Assembly (NCBI GenBank): GCA_035518715.1
Contig: DATIXJ010000017.1
Location: forward strand, 420 to 64,419
Direction: 5' to 3'
Origin: Bacteroidota bacterium
GTDB lineage: Bacteria > Bacteroidota > Ignavibacteria > UBA10030 > SZUA-254
Length of the DNA: 64,000 bases
This document shows, piece by piece, positions 46,607-56,876 of this stretch (positions are counted from its first letter, which is position 1; each line of letters starts with the position of its first letter). Both the position numbers and the translations under genes were made by a program. Under the pieces are notes generated by a model that was not told the DNA's origin, made no database searches, and worked only from the letters and a program-made list of their open reading frames with translations.

Positions 46607-48184
46607 ATGTCCACAATGACCGCAACAAAAGGAAAAATACTCTGGGTTGATGATGAAATCGAGCTGCTCCGTTCACACATTCTCCTCCTTTCCGAAAGAG
46701 GGTATACGGTGGAGACGGCCACAAACGGGGAAGACGCCCTTGATCTGGTAAAATCCAGAGCATTCGATCTGGTTTTTTTGGATGAAATGATGGCGGGGAT
46801 GGGAGGACTCGAAACCCTTTCCCAAATGAAGGATCTGCGCCCCGAACTTCCGGTCGTGATGATCACAAAAAATGAGGATGAAGGCCTCATGGAAGAAGCG
46901 ATCGGCGTGAAGATCAGCGACTATCTTACCAAACCCGTCAATCCAAGCCAGGTTCTTCTTGCCTGCAAAAAATTTCTCGAAGGGAAAAAGATTACCGGTG
47001 AGCATGTTTCACGGGATTATACGAAGGAGTTCAGCGACATCTCCCTTGCTCTTCATAATCCCCTTGGTCCAAACGAATGGATAGCGCTCTATGCGAAACT
47101 TGTCGACTGGTCTCTGGAAATGGACCGTCACCCGGAACTGGGGCTCACACAAACCCTTAACGATCAGATCAAGGAATGCAATATTCAGTTCTCGAAATTC
47201 GTCGAGAAGAATTACCGGAACTGGATCGAGCAGGAAAAACGGCCCGTGCTTTCGAGGGATGTGGTTGACCGCTTTCTCATTCCGGAGCTCAAGGAAACCG
47301 ACAGCTCGGTCTTCTTTTTTGTGATTGATTGTCTGCGCCTTGACCAGTGGATGGGGATGGAGACGGTACTGCGGGATTATTACGACATCACGCGCAATTA
47401 TTATTATTCGATTCTTCCGACGGCGACGCCGTACTCGCGGAACACAATATTCAGCGGCGCGTGGCCCGATGAGACGGAAGTGCGCTTTCCGGAAATCTGG
47501 GAGCAGTGGGAAGACGACGACAACAGCCGCAACAGGTATGAGCATCAGTTTCTCGATAAGCTTCTTGAGCGAAGAAAAATTCAACTTAAACCCGATTCAA
47601 AATACGTCAAAATTCTGGATGCTGAGTTCGGCAGGAGTATCGAACAGAATATCACGTCCTATGCAAAGAACCGCCTCACCGCGGTGGTGGTGAATTTTGT
47701 CGATATGCTTGCACACGGCCGGTCCGACTCCCAGCTTCTCAAGGAAATCGCTCCGGATGAAGCGGCATACCGGTCGCTGACGGCATCCTGGTTCAACCAT
47801 TCGTCGCTCCTCGGCATGTTGAGGACACTTGCCAAACAGAAGAACGTCACCATCATTCTGACAACCGATCACGGAAGCATCCGGAGTCTCCGGGGAACGA
47901 AAGTCATCGGAGACCGGGAAGCATCCACCAATCTCCGCTACAAGTACGGCAGAAATCTCAAGGTTGACGAGCGCCATGCGATATTCGTCAAGAATCCGTC
48001 GGACTTCCGGCTCCCGCGGCGGAGCGTGACGGTGAATTATCTCATCGCGAAGGAAGATTACTACTTCGTCTACCCGACGGATTATCACAAGTATCTCAAT
48101 CAGTATCGTGACAGCTTCCAGCATGGTGGGGTTTCTATGGAAGAGATGATCCTGCCGGTTGTGAAACTGAAACCGAAGCAGTAG
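46607..48184 (+). CDS. porX: T9SS response regulator PorX (receiver + PglZ/alkaline-phosphatase-superfamily domain)
   Basis: N-terminal CheY-like receiver (KILWVDDEIELL...DLVFLDEMMAGMGGLE...ITKNED...YLTKP). C-terminal PglZ-type motifs (FFFVIDCLRLDQW, NFVDMLAHG, LTTDHGS). 525 aa. AGGAG lies 6 nt upstream of the ATG. Confidence 0.85.
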   Translation: MSTMTATKGKILWVDDEIELLRSHILLLSERGYTVETATNGEDALDLVKSRAFDLVFLDEMMAGMGGLETLSQMKDLRPELPVVMITKNEDEGLMEEAIGVKISDYLTKPVNPSQVLLACKKFLEGKKITGEHVSRDYTKEFSDISLALHNPLGPNEWIALYAKLVDWSLEMDRHPELGLTQTLNDQIKECNIQFSKFVEKNYRNWIEQEKRPVLSRDVVDRFLIPELKETDSSVFFFVIDCLRLDQWMGMETVLRDYYDITRNYYYSILPTATPYSRNTIFSGAWPDETEVRFPEIWEQWEDDDNSRNRYEHQFLDKLLERRKIQLKPDSKYVKILDAEFGRSIEQNITSYAKNRLTAVVVNFVDMLAHGRSDSQLLKEIAPDEAAYRSLTASWFNHSSLLGMLRTLAKQKNVTIILTTDHGSIRSLRGTKVIGDREASTNLRYKYGRNLKVDERHAIFVKNPSDFRLPRRSVTVNYLIAKEDYYFVYPTDYHKYLNQYRDSFQHGGVSMEEMILPVVKLKPKQ

Positions 48185-48198
48185 CAGTAGATAATTTC

Positions 48199-48636
48199 AT
48201 GCCTTCGTATCTTACATATAGCGTTGAGGAAACTCTCCGTGTCGGACGGGAGTTCTCGAAGCGGCTGCATCCGGGAAGCACCGTGGCACTGTATGGCGAT
48301 CTCGGAACAGGCAAGACCCATCTGATCAAAGGCATCTGCGGCGGACTCGGCGTGCACGAGCATGTTGCGAGCCCGACATTCACCATCGTCAATGAGTACG
48401 TTCACGGAGATGTCAAAGTCTGCCACATCGACTGTTACCGTTTGAAATCCGAGAAGGAACTTGTTGATGTGGGATTTGAGGAATACATTTCGAGACGGAA
48501 TATCGTCCTGATCGAATGGGCTGACCGTGTGCAGTCCCTGCTCCCTCCGGTCCGGTTCGACATTCATCTGTCGTTCGGCACGGACTCCCGGACGAGGGAA
48601 ATTCTTATCGAAGAACATTCATTCGAACCTGCATGA
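48199..48636 (+). CDS. tsaE: tRNA t6A37 biosynthesis ATPase TsaE
   Basis: The P-loop VALYGDLGTGKTHLIKGI, SPTFTIVNEY and HIDCYRL are typical of YjeE/TsaE. Confidence 0.85.
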   Translation: MPSYLTYSVEETLRVGREFSKRLHPGSTVALYGDLGTGKTHLIKGICGGLGVHEHVASPTFTIVNEYVHGDVKVCHIDCYRLKSEKELVDVGFEEYISRRNIVLIEWADRVQSLLPPVRFDIHLSFGTDSRTREILIEEHSFEPA

Positions 48637-49355
48637 ACGTTTTGGGTATTGAGACCGCAACATCGATATGTGCCGCGGCGGTGATGTCAGGAGAGACTGT
48701 TGTGGCAGAATGCTCTCTCGAGGCGCCGCAGGTTCACTCGGAGAAACTCCTTCCCCTGATCGATGAATGTCTGAAAACAGCTCAGTTCGGCCTCGCAGAG
48801 CTCGACGGGATTGCGATTTCGATCGGTCCGGGATCATTCACCGGACTGCGCATCGGGTTGAGCGTTTCAAAAGGTCTTGCGTTCGCCTCCGGAAAGCCGC
48901 TCCTTGCTGTTCCGACACTCGAGGCGCTTGCTCTCAAGGCCTGCCATCACGGTGACGCCCTGAGCGGGGAGTACATTCTCTCTCTTCTTGATGCACGCCG
49001 CGACGAAGTGTATTGCGCACTCTATCGATGGGATGGCGTTCATCTGACTACCTGCAGGGGATCTGAGTCGCTCACTCTTCAGGGACTCTTATCTGTGCTT
49101 CCGGGCGATGGTCGCATTCTTGTTGCCGGGGATGGGGAAACAAAGTTTCTGGATTCTCTCTCCTCTGCGAATGCACCTGAATTGCAATCAAGAATTCGCC
49201 GGTCAGAGGCCCGGTGCAGCGGAGCGGCTGTTGCCGCAATCGGGATGATGCATCTGGAAGCCGGTGAAATCGCTGAGATCAAATCTCTTCAACCGTTCTA
49301 CGTCAAGGAATTCTATACTGTTGCAAAACCTCAAACAACCCAGGTGATACTCTGA
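48633..49355 (+). CDS. tsaB: tRNA t6A37 biosynthesis protein TsaB
   Basis: [17 protein letters not shown] and [24 protein letters not shown] are YeaZ/TsaB signatures. ATGA overlap with tsaE. Confidence 0.85.
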   Translation: MNVLGIETATSICAAAVMSGETVVAECSLEAPQVHSEKLLPLIDECLKTAQFGLAELDGIAISIGPGSFTGLRIGLSVSKGLAFASGKPLLAVPTLEALALKACHHGDALSGEYILSLLDARRDEVYCALYRWDGVHLTTCRGSESLTLQGLLSVLPGDGRILVAGDGETKFLDSLSSANAPELQSRIRRSEARCSGAAVAAIGMMHLEAGEIAEIKSLQPFYVKEFYTVAKPQTTQVIL

Positions 49356-50197
49356 TGGCATGGTTCCGACGGTCGAAAGCGAGCATTGAGACGCCGGCTC
49401 CCCGCAAGGATGCACCCGAGGGGATGTGGACGAAGTGCGAGGGCTGCGGCGAGATCATTCATCGCAAACAGCTTGAACAGCAGGTTTACACCTGTATTAA
49501 ATGCAACTATCATTTCCGGATCGGAAGCAAGGAATACATTTCGGTTCTGGCAGATGAAGGGTCATTCAAAGAGCTCGACCGGAAAATGCGCTCCGTGGAT
49601 CCCCTGAGCTTTACCGACACGAAGGCATATCGCGATCGCGTCAAGGAATCGATGCGCAAGACAGGGTTGTTCGATGCGGTCCGGACCGGAACCGCGAAGA
49701 TCAATAAGATCCCGTGTGTGATTGCGGCGATGGATTTTTCGTTCATCGGAGGAAGCATGGGGTCGGTGGTGGGAGAGAAAGTTGCCCGTGCAATTCTGAA
49801 AGCCCTCAAGACCAAACGGCCTCTCGTCATTGTTTCTTCCAGCGGCGGCGCGCGTATGATGGAAGGAGCCCTGTCTCTCATGCAGCTTGCCAAGACCAGT
49901 GCGCGGCTCGGACAGCTGGCAGATGCTGGCATTCCGTTCATTTCCGTGATCACCGATCCCACAACCGGCGGCGTGACTGCAAGCTTTGCGATGCTGGGAG
50001 ATGTCAATCTTGCCGAGCCGGGAGCGCTGATCGGATTTGCCGGTCCGCGCGTCATCAAACAGACGATCGGCAAAGATCTTCCCCCGGGATTTCAGCGCGC
50101 GGAATTTCAACTCGAACACGGCTTTGTCGATACCGTCGTTCACCGCAAAGATATGAAAGAAACGGTGACGAAATTTCTGCAGTATATGTGGGAGTGA
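49355..50197 (+). CDS. accD: Acetyl-CoA carboxylase carboxyltransferase beta subunit
   Basis: Zinc-ribbon CEGCGEIIHRKQLEQQVYTCIKCNYHFR, then FSFIGGSMGSVVGEK and SSGGARMMEG. Confidence 0.9.
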   Translation: MAWFRRSKASIETPAPRKDAPEGMWTKCEGCGEIIHRKQLEQQVYTCIKCNYHFRIGSKEYISVLADEGSFKELDRKMRSVDPLSFTDTKAYRDRVKESMRKTGLFDAVRTGTAKINKIPCVIAAMDFSFIGGSMGSVVGEKVARAILKALKTKRPLVIVSSSGGARMMEGALSLMQLAKTSARLGQLADAGIPFISVITDPTTGGVTASFAMLGDVNLAEPGALIGFAGPRVIKQTIGKDLPPGFQRAEFQLEHGFVDTVVHRKDMKETVTKFLQYMWE

Positions 50198-50231
50198 TGC
50201 CGCATGAAGAAATATTAACTTGTCTCACCGC

Positions 50232-51137
50232 ATGACAATCCATATCATAGGAGTACCGATGGATCTCGGATCCGGAAGACGCGGGGTCGATATGGGACCA
50301 TCTGCGATCCGGATTGCCGGCGTTCACGAACGGCTTCGAGACCTGGGATACCGCGTCGTTGATGAAGGAGACCTGACCATCAGGACGCAGGAAGAGCAGC
50401 GGGTGAAAGATCCGCGTGCCAAGTATCTCCCGGAAATTGCCCGTGTCGTCAAGATTCTGCAGACGAAGGTTTTGAAGGCGATGCGGAAGAATCAGTTTCC
50501 CCTTGTTCTCGGCGGAGACCATTCGATCGCCATCGGAACTATCAGCGGCATTGCAAGCTTCGCCCGTCAGCGAAAAGGAAAAGTCGGAGTCCTGTGGATT
50601 GACGCCCACGGCGACTTCAACACGCCCGAGAGTTCGCCCTCGGGAAATATTCACGGCATGCCGCTTGCCGTCTGCTGTGGAATCGGACCCCGCTCGCTGC
50701 GTGCCGTCGGTGGAAATTTCCGGAAGGTCGATCCGGAGAATGTTGTCATTATCGGGTTGCGCAACGTCGACCGCAAAGAGCGGGAACATCTTATTGATCT
50801 TGGCGTGAATGTGTTTACGATGGAAGAAATCGACAAGTTTGGTGTTCACCGCGTGATGAAGAAGGCACTGCAGAAGTTTGAGGACACGGTTGATTATCTG
50901 CATGTCAGTTTTGACCTGGACAGTGTCGATCCGGTCTATGCCCCCGGCGTCGGAACCCCCGTCAAGGGCGGTCTCGATTACCGGGAAGCACATCTCATTA
51001 TGGAAATGCTGGCCGAGTCGAAAAGAGTGACGTCGCTCGAGCTGGTCGAGGTGAATCCGATTCTTGATAATCGCAACCAATCAGCTGAATTTGCCGTAGA
51101 ATTAGTACAATCGATATTCGGGAAAAAGATCCTGTAA
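50232..51137 (+). CDS. rocF: Arginase
   Basis: [27 protein letters not shown] is collinear with B. subtilis RocF ([25 protein letters not shown]). Mn-ligand motifs [20 protein letters not shown] and SFDLDSVDP are present. The ATG at 50232 is preferred over the TTG at 50220. Confidence 0.9.
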   Translation: [301 protein letters not shown]

Positions 51138-51160
51138 GAGGAGATGCATGAAGAAGAACA

Positions 51161-51940
51161 TTGGGGGATGAAGAGCCGGTGAGACGATCGTATTTTGCCG
51201 ACAAGGAATTTGGCAGAATTCGAACGAGCGCGCTTGTGATCAGCATTGTTCTTCACGGGTTGATCATTTTTGGATTGATGTATCACGCGGAGCAACAGGC
51301 AGAACTTGCGAAAGAGGAACAATTGAAATTCGGCAGCAGCGGGGGTGGAGGTGGTGAAGGTGCGAATGAGGACATGATCCAGTTTGGATCACAGGGAAGC
51401 ACTGAAAACGAGAATGGAATCGAGTCGATCTCGGGGCTGCAGCTGACGTTGCTCCAAATCCATGTCTACGATGATGCTGTTCACGCCACACCTGTCCTGC
51501 AGGTTGAAACCATAAAGCCGAAACTCAAACCGCGGAAATCAAAACCACAACCGATTCTTGCAGATAATTTGCCCACACGCTGGGTTCGGCGCGGTACGGG
51601 CCCCGGCACTGGCGGTGGAACCGGCGGCGGTAATGGAGGCGGGATCGGTCCGGGAAACGGTTTCTCCATCGACTGGGGCGGTGCAGGCTCCCGGCGACTG
51701 CTGAGTGGAAAGATCCCGAAGTATCCGGAGGGAACCAATAAACAAATGACGGTGATCCTGCGGTTCGCCGTCCTCCCCGATGGCACGGTTGATGCCATCG
51801 TACCAACCCGTAAGACAGATGAGCGTCTCGAAGGTGCGGCGATTGCCGCTCTCAGGACGTGGCGGTTTGATCCTCTTCCTCCCCAGATCGACCAGAAATC
51901 ACAGGTCGGTACAGCAACATTCACATTCAAAATAGAATAA
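51161..51940 (+). CDS. TonB/TolA-family energy-transducer protein
   Basis: N-terminal TM anchor (ALVISIVLHGLIIFGLMY). Basic/Pro segment KPKLKPRKSKPQP followed by a Gly-rich tract GTGPGTGGGTGGGNGGGIGPGNG. C-terminal TonB_C-like segment (PKYPEG...VILRFAVLPDGTV...AAIAALRTWRFDP). Non-ATG start: TTG at 51161 or GTG at 51179. Confidence 0.65.
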   Translation: MGDEEPVRRSYFADKEFGRIRTSALVISIVLHGLIIFGLMYHAEQQAELAKEEQLKFGSSGGGGGEGANEDMIQFGSQGSTENENGIESISGLQLTLLQIHVYDDAVHATPVLQVETIKPKLKPRKSKPQPILADNLPTRWVRRGTGPGTGGGTGGGNGGGIGPGNGFSIDWGGAGSRRLLSGKIPKYPEGTNKQMTVILRFAVLPDGTVDAIVPTRKTDERLEGAAIAALRTWRFDPLPPQIDQKSQVGTATFTFKIE

Positions 51941-51964
51941 CAACCTGAAAGGACGCTACTCGCG

Positions 51965-53848
51965 ATGGAATGTTATGGCAGACGACTTTGGACACTCTTT
52001 ACTCTCATCATTCTTGCCTATCTTCTCACCGATCCTCTTGAGGCACAACAATCTGCCGGTTTGCCGGTCTGGTGGTACGGCGGAGCGGTGGGGCCGAATC
52101 TCAATTCGTACAGCTCATCCGTCCAACAGCTGAATTCCACTACCCGGACCGCGCAGCCCTTTACCGGGGGTTCCGGAGCCGGCACCTTTCTGGCACCGAT
52201 GATTGAGTATCGTCCGAACAGGACGTGGGGCGGCATGCTCTCGCTCGGGTTCGACGGCCGCAGCGGCTCATTCGATAATGTGGGCAACGCGACACTCAAG
52301 ACCTCAATGAATTACATCTCTCTCGAACCGAATGTTCGCTATTCTCCGTTCGACGTGGATTTCTACTTTTTCGGCGGGCCGCGACTGGGATTCAATGTCG
52401 CCAAGACGTTTACGTATACTCCATCCGGAGGTTCCTCAACGGAGGCAGAATGGAGCGGCATCCGAAGTGCCGCAATCGGGATTCAGCTCGGAGCAGGATA
52501 TGAGTTTTCGGTAACTCCTGCACAGAATACGCTGCAGATTCATCTTTCCCCGTTCGTGTCAGGACTGTTCGGACAGGGACCACGGTCTGAAGAATCATGG
52601 TCGCTCGTCACCCTGCGCGCAGGGCTGGCTGTGCTCTTTGGGAACTCTGCCTTCGGGACTTCAGAGAATGAGGGTGTAGGCGAAGTACAGTTTTCCGCGC
52701 GTCCTCCCAGAATTATTCCCAACGCGCGAACTGTCCGCGAAACCTTCCCAATGAGGAATTATGTGTTTTTTGATGAGGGATCGAATGTCCTGCCCTCGCG
52801 ATACGTCACGCTGACGAAGGAACAGGCGTTAACATTCAAAGAAGAGCAGCTTCTGCATCCCGAGCCGAAAGATCTCACCGGGAGATCACGCAGACAGATG
52901 GTGACGTATCACAACATTCTGAATGTCCTTGGCGACAGGATGCGCCGGTACACCGAGGCAAAGGTTACGCTTCTCGGGAGCGCCGAAGAAGGTGCTACGG
53001 CTGGACAATCACTTGCGGAAACGATCAAGCAGTATCTTGTCTCGGTATTTGGGATCGATCCGATTCGGATCACCACGCAAGGTGCCGTGAAGCCGCCGAT
53101 TCCCTCGCACGAACCTGGCGGAACACGCGATCTCGAACTCGTGAAACCCGAGGACCGGAGAGTGGAAATTTCCAGTTCCGTGCCGGAAATACTGGATCCC
53201 GTGCAGATCGTCTCGCTGGAAGAGGATCCGCTGGAGAGCGATGTCTTTCTCAATGTTCCCAATGCAGAGACACAGCTGGCATCGTGGACCGTCGCGGTCA
53301 ATGACGAGCAGGGTGCGGTACAGCGATACGGTCCCTTCACTTCCGATCAGGCGCGCATTCCGGGAAGAACCATCCTCGGCAATCTCCCGCAGGGAACCTT
53401 TACGCTCACACTGGAGGGGCAGACCAAAAGCGGCGGGGTCATAACGAAAGAGCAGACGATCCGCCTGGTGCGGTCGAGTGAGCCGGAAGAAGCGCCCGGA
53501 TATCGCTTCAGCATCCTCTTTGAATTTGATCAATCAAAGACGGTAGCAACGTACGAGCGTTTCCTGACGGAGACGGTTGCACCGCTCATTGCTGACGGAA
53601 ACTCCGTCATCATTCACGGCCACACGGATATTGTCGGGGAAGAGAGCCATAACCTTGCGCTCTCCCGTGAACGTGCCCAGCAAACCATGGCTGCCCTCGA
53701 GCGTGAGCTTACGAAAGCCGGTAAAACGCACGTGAAGTTCGACACGTACGGTTTCGGCGAAGATGTTCGCCGCGCTCCATTTGACAACAAGCTTCCCGAA
53801 GAACGCTTCTATAATAGAACGGTGATCATCGACATCGTTCCGGAGTAA
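51965..53848 (+). CDS. OmpA-family outer-membrane protein with N-terminal barrel and two OmpA_C-like domains
   Basis: 627 aa with a signal peptide. The C-terminal canonical OmpA_C domain reads VIIHGHTDIVGEESHNLALSRERAQQTMAAL...NRTVIIDIV. A degenerate copy lies upstream: VFFDEGSNVL...VTLLGSAEEG...AETIKQYLVSVFGIDPIRITTQG. Confidence 0.75.
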   Translation: MECYGRRLWTLFTLIILAYLLTDPLEAQQSAGLPVWWYGGAVGPNLNSYSSSVQQLNSTTRTAQPFTGGSGAGTFLAPMIEYRPNRTWGGMLSLGFDGRSGSFDNVGNATLKTSMNYISLEPNVRYSPFDVDFYFFGGPRLGFNVAKTFTYTPSGGSSTEAEWSGIRSAAIGIQLGAGYEFSVTPAQNTLQIHLSPFVSGLFGQGPRSEESWSLVTLRAGLAVLFGNSAFGTSENEGVGEVQFSARPPRIIPNARTVRETFPMRNYVFFDEGSNVLPSRYVTLTKEQALTFKEEQLLHPEPKDLTGRSRRQMVTYHNILNVLGDRMRRYTEAKVTLLGSAEEGATAGQSLAETIKQYLVSVFGIDPIRITTQGAVKPPIPSHEPGGTRDLELVKPEDRRVEISSSVPEILDPVQIVSLEEDPLESDVFLNVPNAETQLASWTVAVNDEQGAVQRYGPFTSDQARIPGRTILGNLPQGTFTLTLEGQTKSGGVITKEQTIRLVRSSEPEEAPGYRFSILFEFDQSKTVATYERFLTETVAPLIADGNSVIIHGHTDIVGEESHNLALSRERAQQTMAALERELTKAGKTHVKFDTYGFGEDVRRAPFDNKLPEERFYNRTVIIDIVPE

Positions 53849-53855
53849 CCGGGGC

Positions 53856-56800
53856 TTGCGATCCATGCCCACATGGGTGTCTTCTCCCGTATTTGCGGCA
53901 GTGTTGTTCCTTGCCCTGACGGGTGGCGTCGTACGGGGCCAGGTCCCCGATGTACGTTCCACTGCGCAGCCGGATAATCTCGGTCCCGCCGACCAGTGGG
54001 TTTCCATCAACGGATATCACGTTGCGCGTCAGGAGCTGGAAAAGGTCTTCCCGCAGCTTCGGACAGCAGGCGACCGCCGTGATGCTTCCTTTCTCCTGAT
54101 GCAGTGCTCATTTGAAGATCAGCAGTACGAAGATGCGTTCGCGTGGAGCGCTGTGTATCTGCATGATTACCCGAACGACGGACGTTATCCCTCTGCTCTG
54201 TTTATCCATGGTATCAGCGCTTTCCAGACGCACCGGCTTTCCGATGCGCAGAAGTCGCTGAGTGCGTTTATCAATTCGTATCCCGCGCATCCGAAGATCG
54301 GCGCCGCGTATTTCTGGAGGGCAATGGGGATGCTGGATGAAGGAAACTCAGCGTCTGCGGAATCAGATCTCCGGCAGGCGTATGAAAATTCACCCGGTTC
54401 TGCCTACCGTGATGTAGCTCTCTCGGGCTGGGCTCTGTCTCTGGAGCGTCGCGGGGCGTATGCCGAAGCGATCCCTCAGCTTGAAAAATTCCTGAATGAA
54501 TTTCCTTCCAGTTCACTGGTACCCAGCGTACGGATTCGTCTGGCATCGCTTCTCATGAGGATGGGTGAAACCGGAAAGGCGGCAGAAACTCTTCAGGGCA
54601 CAAAGCCCCCGGGAAGAGAAGCAGAGGAGTACTCGCTCTTACGCGCAGAAGCAGACCTTCGCCTTCATCAGTATGAAAAGGGGCAAATAGAATACGAGAA
54701 TTTTGTCCGCGATTTCAGCGGTTCCTCATATGCCCGCAATGCCTGGTTCAGCATTGCCTGGGCGCGCACGAAGAGAGGTGATCCGGCAGGCGCCCAGGGA
54801 GTGCTCGATTCGCTTGCAAAAGGAAACGATTCCCTTGCTTACGAATCTCTCTACCAGAGCGGCGTCCTCGCCTTGTTGCGCGATCGTCCTTCTGATGCGG
54901 ATGTTCGGCTGAGTGCGCTGATCGACCGCTCTCCCTACGATGATCTGGCAGAACGCTCGTACTACCAGCTCGGGCTTCAGAATTACCGGGAAAACCGACC
55001 GCTGGATGCCCGCCGCTACTTTGAGCTCGCAGCGCGGATGTTTCCCGGAAGCAGCCGCCGTCCGGAGTCCTTCCGTATGCTCGGCGAAACAAATGTGGTG
55101 CTGGGCGATTTTTCAAACGCAGAGTATGATTTTGGTCAGGTTCGCCGCCTCGGTGGATCCGGCGAGCTGCTCTCCCGGTCAATGTATCAGCAAGGTGTTT
55201 GTCTCTACCATCTCGGGAGATTCAAGAGCAGCGCAGAATTATTCAAACAATTTCTCGATCGGTTTCCGCAGGATGCTCGGGTGGGAGAAGTAAATGTCTG
55301 GATGGCTGAGGCACTTTTCCAGGATTACCGCTTCGATGAAGCCGAGGAAGCATACGCAAAGGCCCTTCGCTTGTTTCCTTCCAATCCCAAACGCGCTGAA
55401 GCCGCGTACGGCATCGCGTGGTCTCTGTTTGAGGAAAAAAAATTCGCGGAGGCTGCGGACAACTTTGACCGTTTCACGAGAGATTATCCCGACAGCAGGC
55501 ACATGCTCGATGCGTCGCTGCGGAAGGCGGATTGTTACTTCTTCATGGGACAGTACGATAAAGCGAGTCAGTTGTATGCCTCGCTCGCTTCCAACCGGAC
55601 CGACAGCCGTACAATAGAGTATGCGGAGTTCCAGGTTGCGATGTCGTATATACAACGGGGCGAATCAGACCGGGGGATTCAGGAGCTTCGGAATTTTCTC
55701 GTAACATTTCCGCAATCGATCTACGACGAGGTAGTTCAGTTCAATATCGGGTGGGAATATTTTTCGCGGGAGGAATATCCGCTTGCCATAGCAGAGTTCC
55801 GGACGCTGATGCAGAAATATCCGTACAGCCAGCTCCTTCAGCGCGTCATCTTCAATATGGGCGATGCGTTTTATAATCTGAAACAGTACGACAGTGCACG
55901 TGTCTATTACCAAAGTGTCATTCGGGATTTTCCACAAAGCCTGCTTGTTTCGGACGCGATCAACGGGCTGCAGTTCACGTACGAAGCACAGGGGAAACCC
56001 GCCGGTGCACTCGCGGAAATTGATACCCTGCTGCGAAGCCGTGCGATTCAAACTCCCGCGGAAGAGCTTGAGCTGCGCAAAGGAGACATTCTTTTTGGCG
56101 AGGGAGATTTCGGGTCTGCAGTTCAGGAGTATCATCAGGTGCTTGGCGGAAAACCTTCACATGCCGTGAAGGCAAAAGCCCTTCATCAGTTAGGCCGGGC
56201 ATATGAACTGGAAGACAATCTCCCGCGTGCAATCACATACTATAAACAGGTATCGAAGGATTTTGCCGATGTCGACGTTGCTCCCGCAGCTACCCTCGAA
56301 CTTGGCATTGCGTACGTCAAGCAAAAAGCGTATGCCGATGCCGCGACGACGCTGAAGCCGTTTGAAGCTGCATTTCCCTCTTCGCCGCTTGTCTCCGAGG
56401 CAGAGTATTATTACGGCGTGGCACTCGCACACGGCGGTAACGATGCCGCGGCCATGAATCAATTTCAGAAGATTCTGGACAAATCACCGACAGACGTCTT
56501 TGCGGACAGGGGGCGTCTCGAGATTGCCGAAATTCTCCGCGGACGAAAGGAGTATCGCGCCGCTATTGATACGCTTGCCGGAATTCTCAACCGCCGCAGT
56601 GATGATATTGCCGCAGAGGCACTGAACACCATCGGCGACGATTTTCTTGCAATGCGAAAGTACAAGGATGCTCTGCAATCCTACAATGACGTCATCCGGC
56701 AGTATACGGATTTCCCGCTGATGATCGATCGCGCGCGCCTGGGCCTCGGAACTGCCTATGAAAAGCTTGGTGAGCGCATACAGGCGCGAGCCGCCTATCA

Positions 56801-56876
56801 GGAACTCCTCCAATCGGGAGTCGACCCGGTCCTTAAGAATGAGGCACAACAGCGCCTGAGGAAATTGAAGCGATGA
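53856..56876 (+). CDS. Very large tetratricopeptide-repeat protein (YbgF/CpoB-like repeats)
   Basis: 1006 aa with a signal peptide (VFAAVLFLALTGGVVRGQ). Repeated about 34-40-aa A/Y/F-rich units run throughout (e.g. YEDAFAWSAVYLHDYPND, YDKASQLYASLAS, YDSARVYYQSVIRDFPQS, YADAATTLKPFEAAFPSS). Confidence 0.75.
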   Translation: MRSMPTWVSSPVFAAVLFLALTGGVVRGQVPDVRSTAQPDNLGPADQWVSINGYHVARQELEKVFPQLRTAGDRRDASFLLMQCSFEDQQYEDAFAWSAVYLHDYPNDGRYPSALFIHGISAFQTHRLSDAQKSLSAFINSYPAHPKIGAAYFWRAMGMLDEGNSASAESDLRQAYENSPGSAYRDVALSGWALSLERRGAYAEAIPQLEKFLNEFPSSSLVPSVRIRLASLLMRMGETGKAAETLQGTKPPGREAEEYSLLRAEADLRLHQYEKGQIEYENFVRDFSGSSYARNAWFSIAWARTKRGDPAGAQGVLDSLAKGNDSLAYESLYQSGVLALLRDRPSDADVRLSALIDRSPYDDLAERSYYQLGLQNYRENRPLDARRYFELAARMFPGSSRRPESFRMLGETNVVLGDFSNAEYDFGQVRRLGGSGELLSRSMYQQGVCLYHLGRFKSSAELFKQFLDRFPQDARVGEVNVWMAEALFQDYRFDEAEEAYAKALRLFPSNPKRAEAAYGIAWSLFEEKKFAEAADNFDRFTRDYPDSRHMLDASLRKADCYFFMGQYDKASQLYASLASNRTDSRTIEYAEFQVAMSYIQRGESDRGIQELRNFLVTFPQSIYDEVVQFNIGWEYFSREEYPLAIAEFRTLMQKYPYSQLLQRVIFNMGDAFYNLKQYDSARVYYQSVIRDFPQSLLVSDAINGLQFTYEAQGKPAGALAEIDTLLRSRAIQTPAEELELRKGDILFGEGDFGSAVQEYHQVLGGKPSHAVKAKALHQLGRAYELEDNLPRAITYYKQVSKDFADVDVAPAATLELGIAYVKQKAYADAATTLKPFEAAFPSSPLVSEAEYYYGVALAHGGNDAAAMNQFQKILDKSPTDVFADRGRLEIAEILRGRKEYRAAIDTLAGILNRRSDDIAAEALNTIGDDFLAMRKYKDALQSYNDVIRQYTDFPLMIDRARLGLGTAYEKLGERIQARAAYQELLQSGVDPVLKNEAQQRLRKLKR

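Noticed and set aside
50055-51080. 341-aa minus-strand ORF
   Set aside because: It is antisense to the arginase gene. The same reasoning applies to 1593-2357, 4212-5045, 47009-47584, 49510-50143 and 61544-62380.
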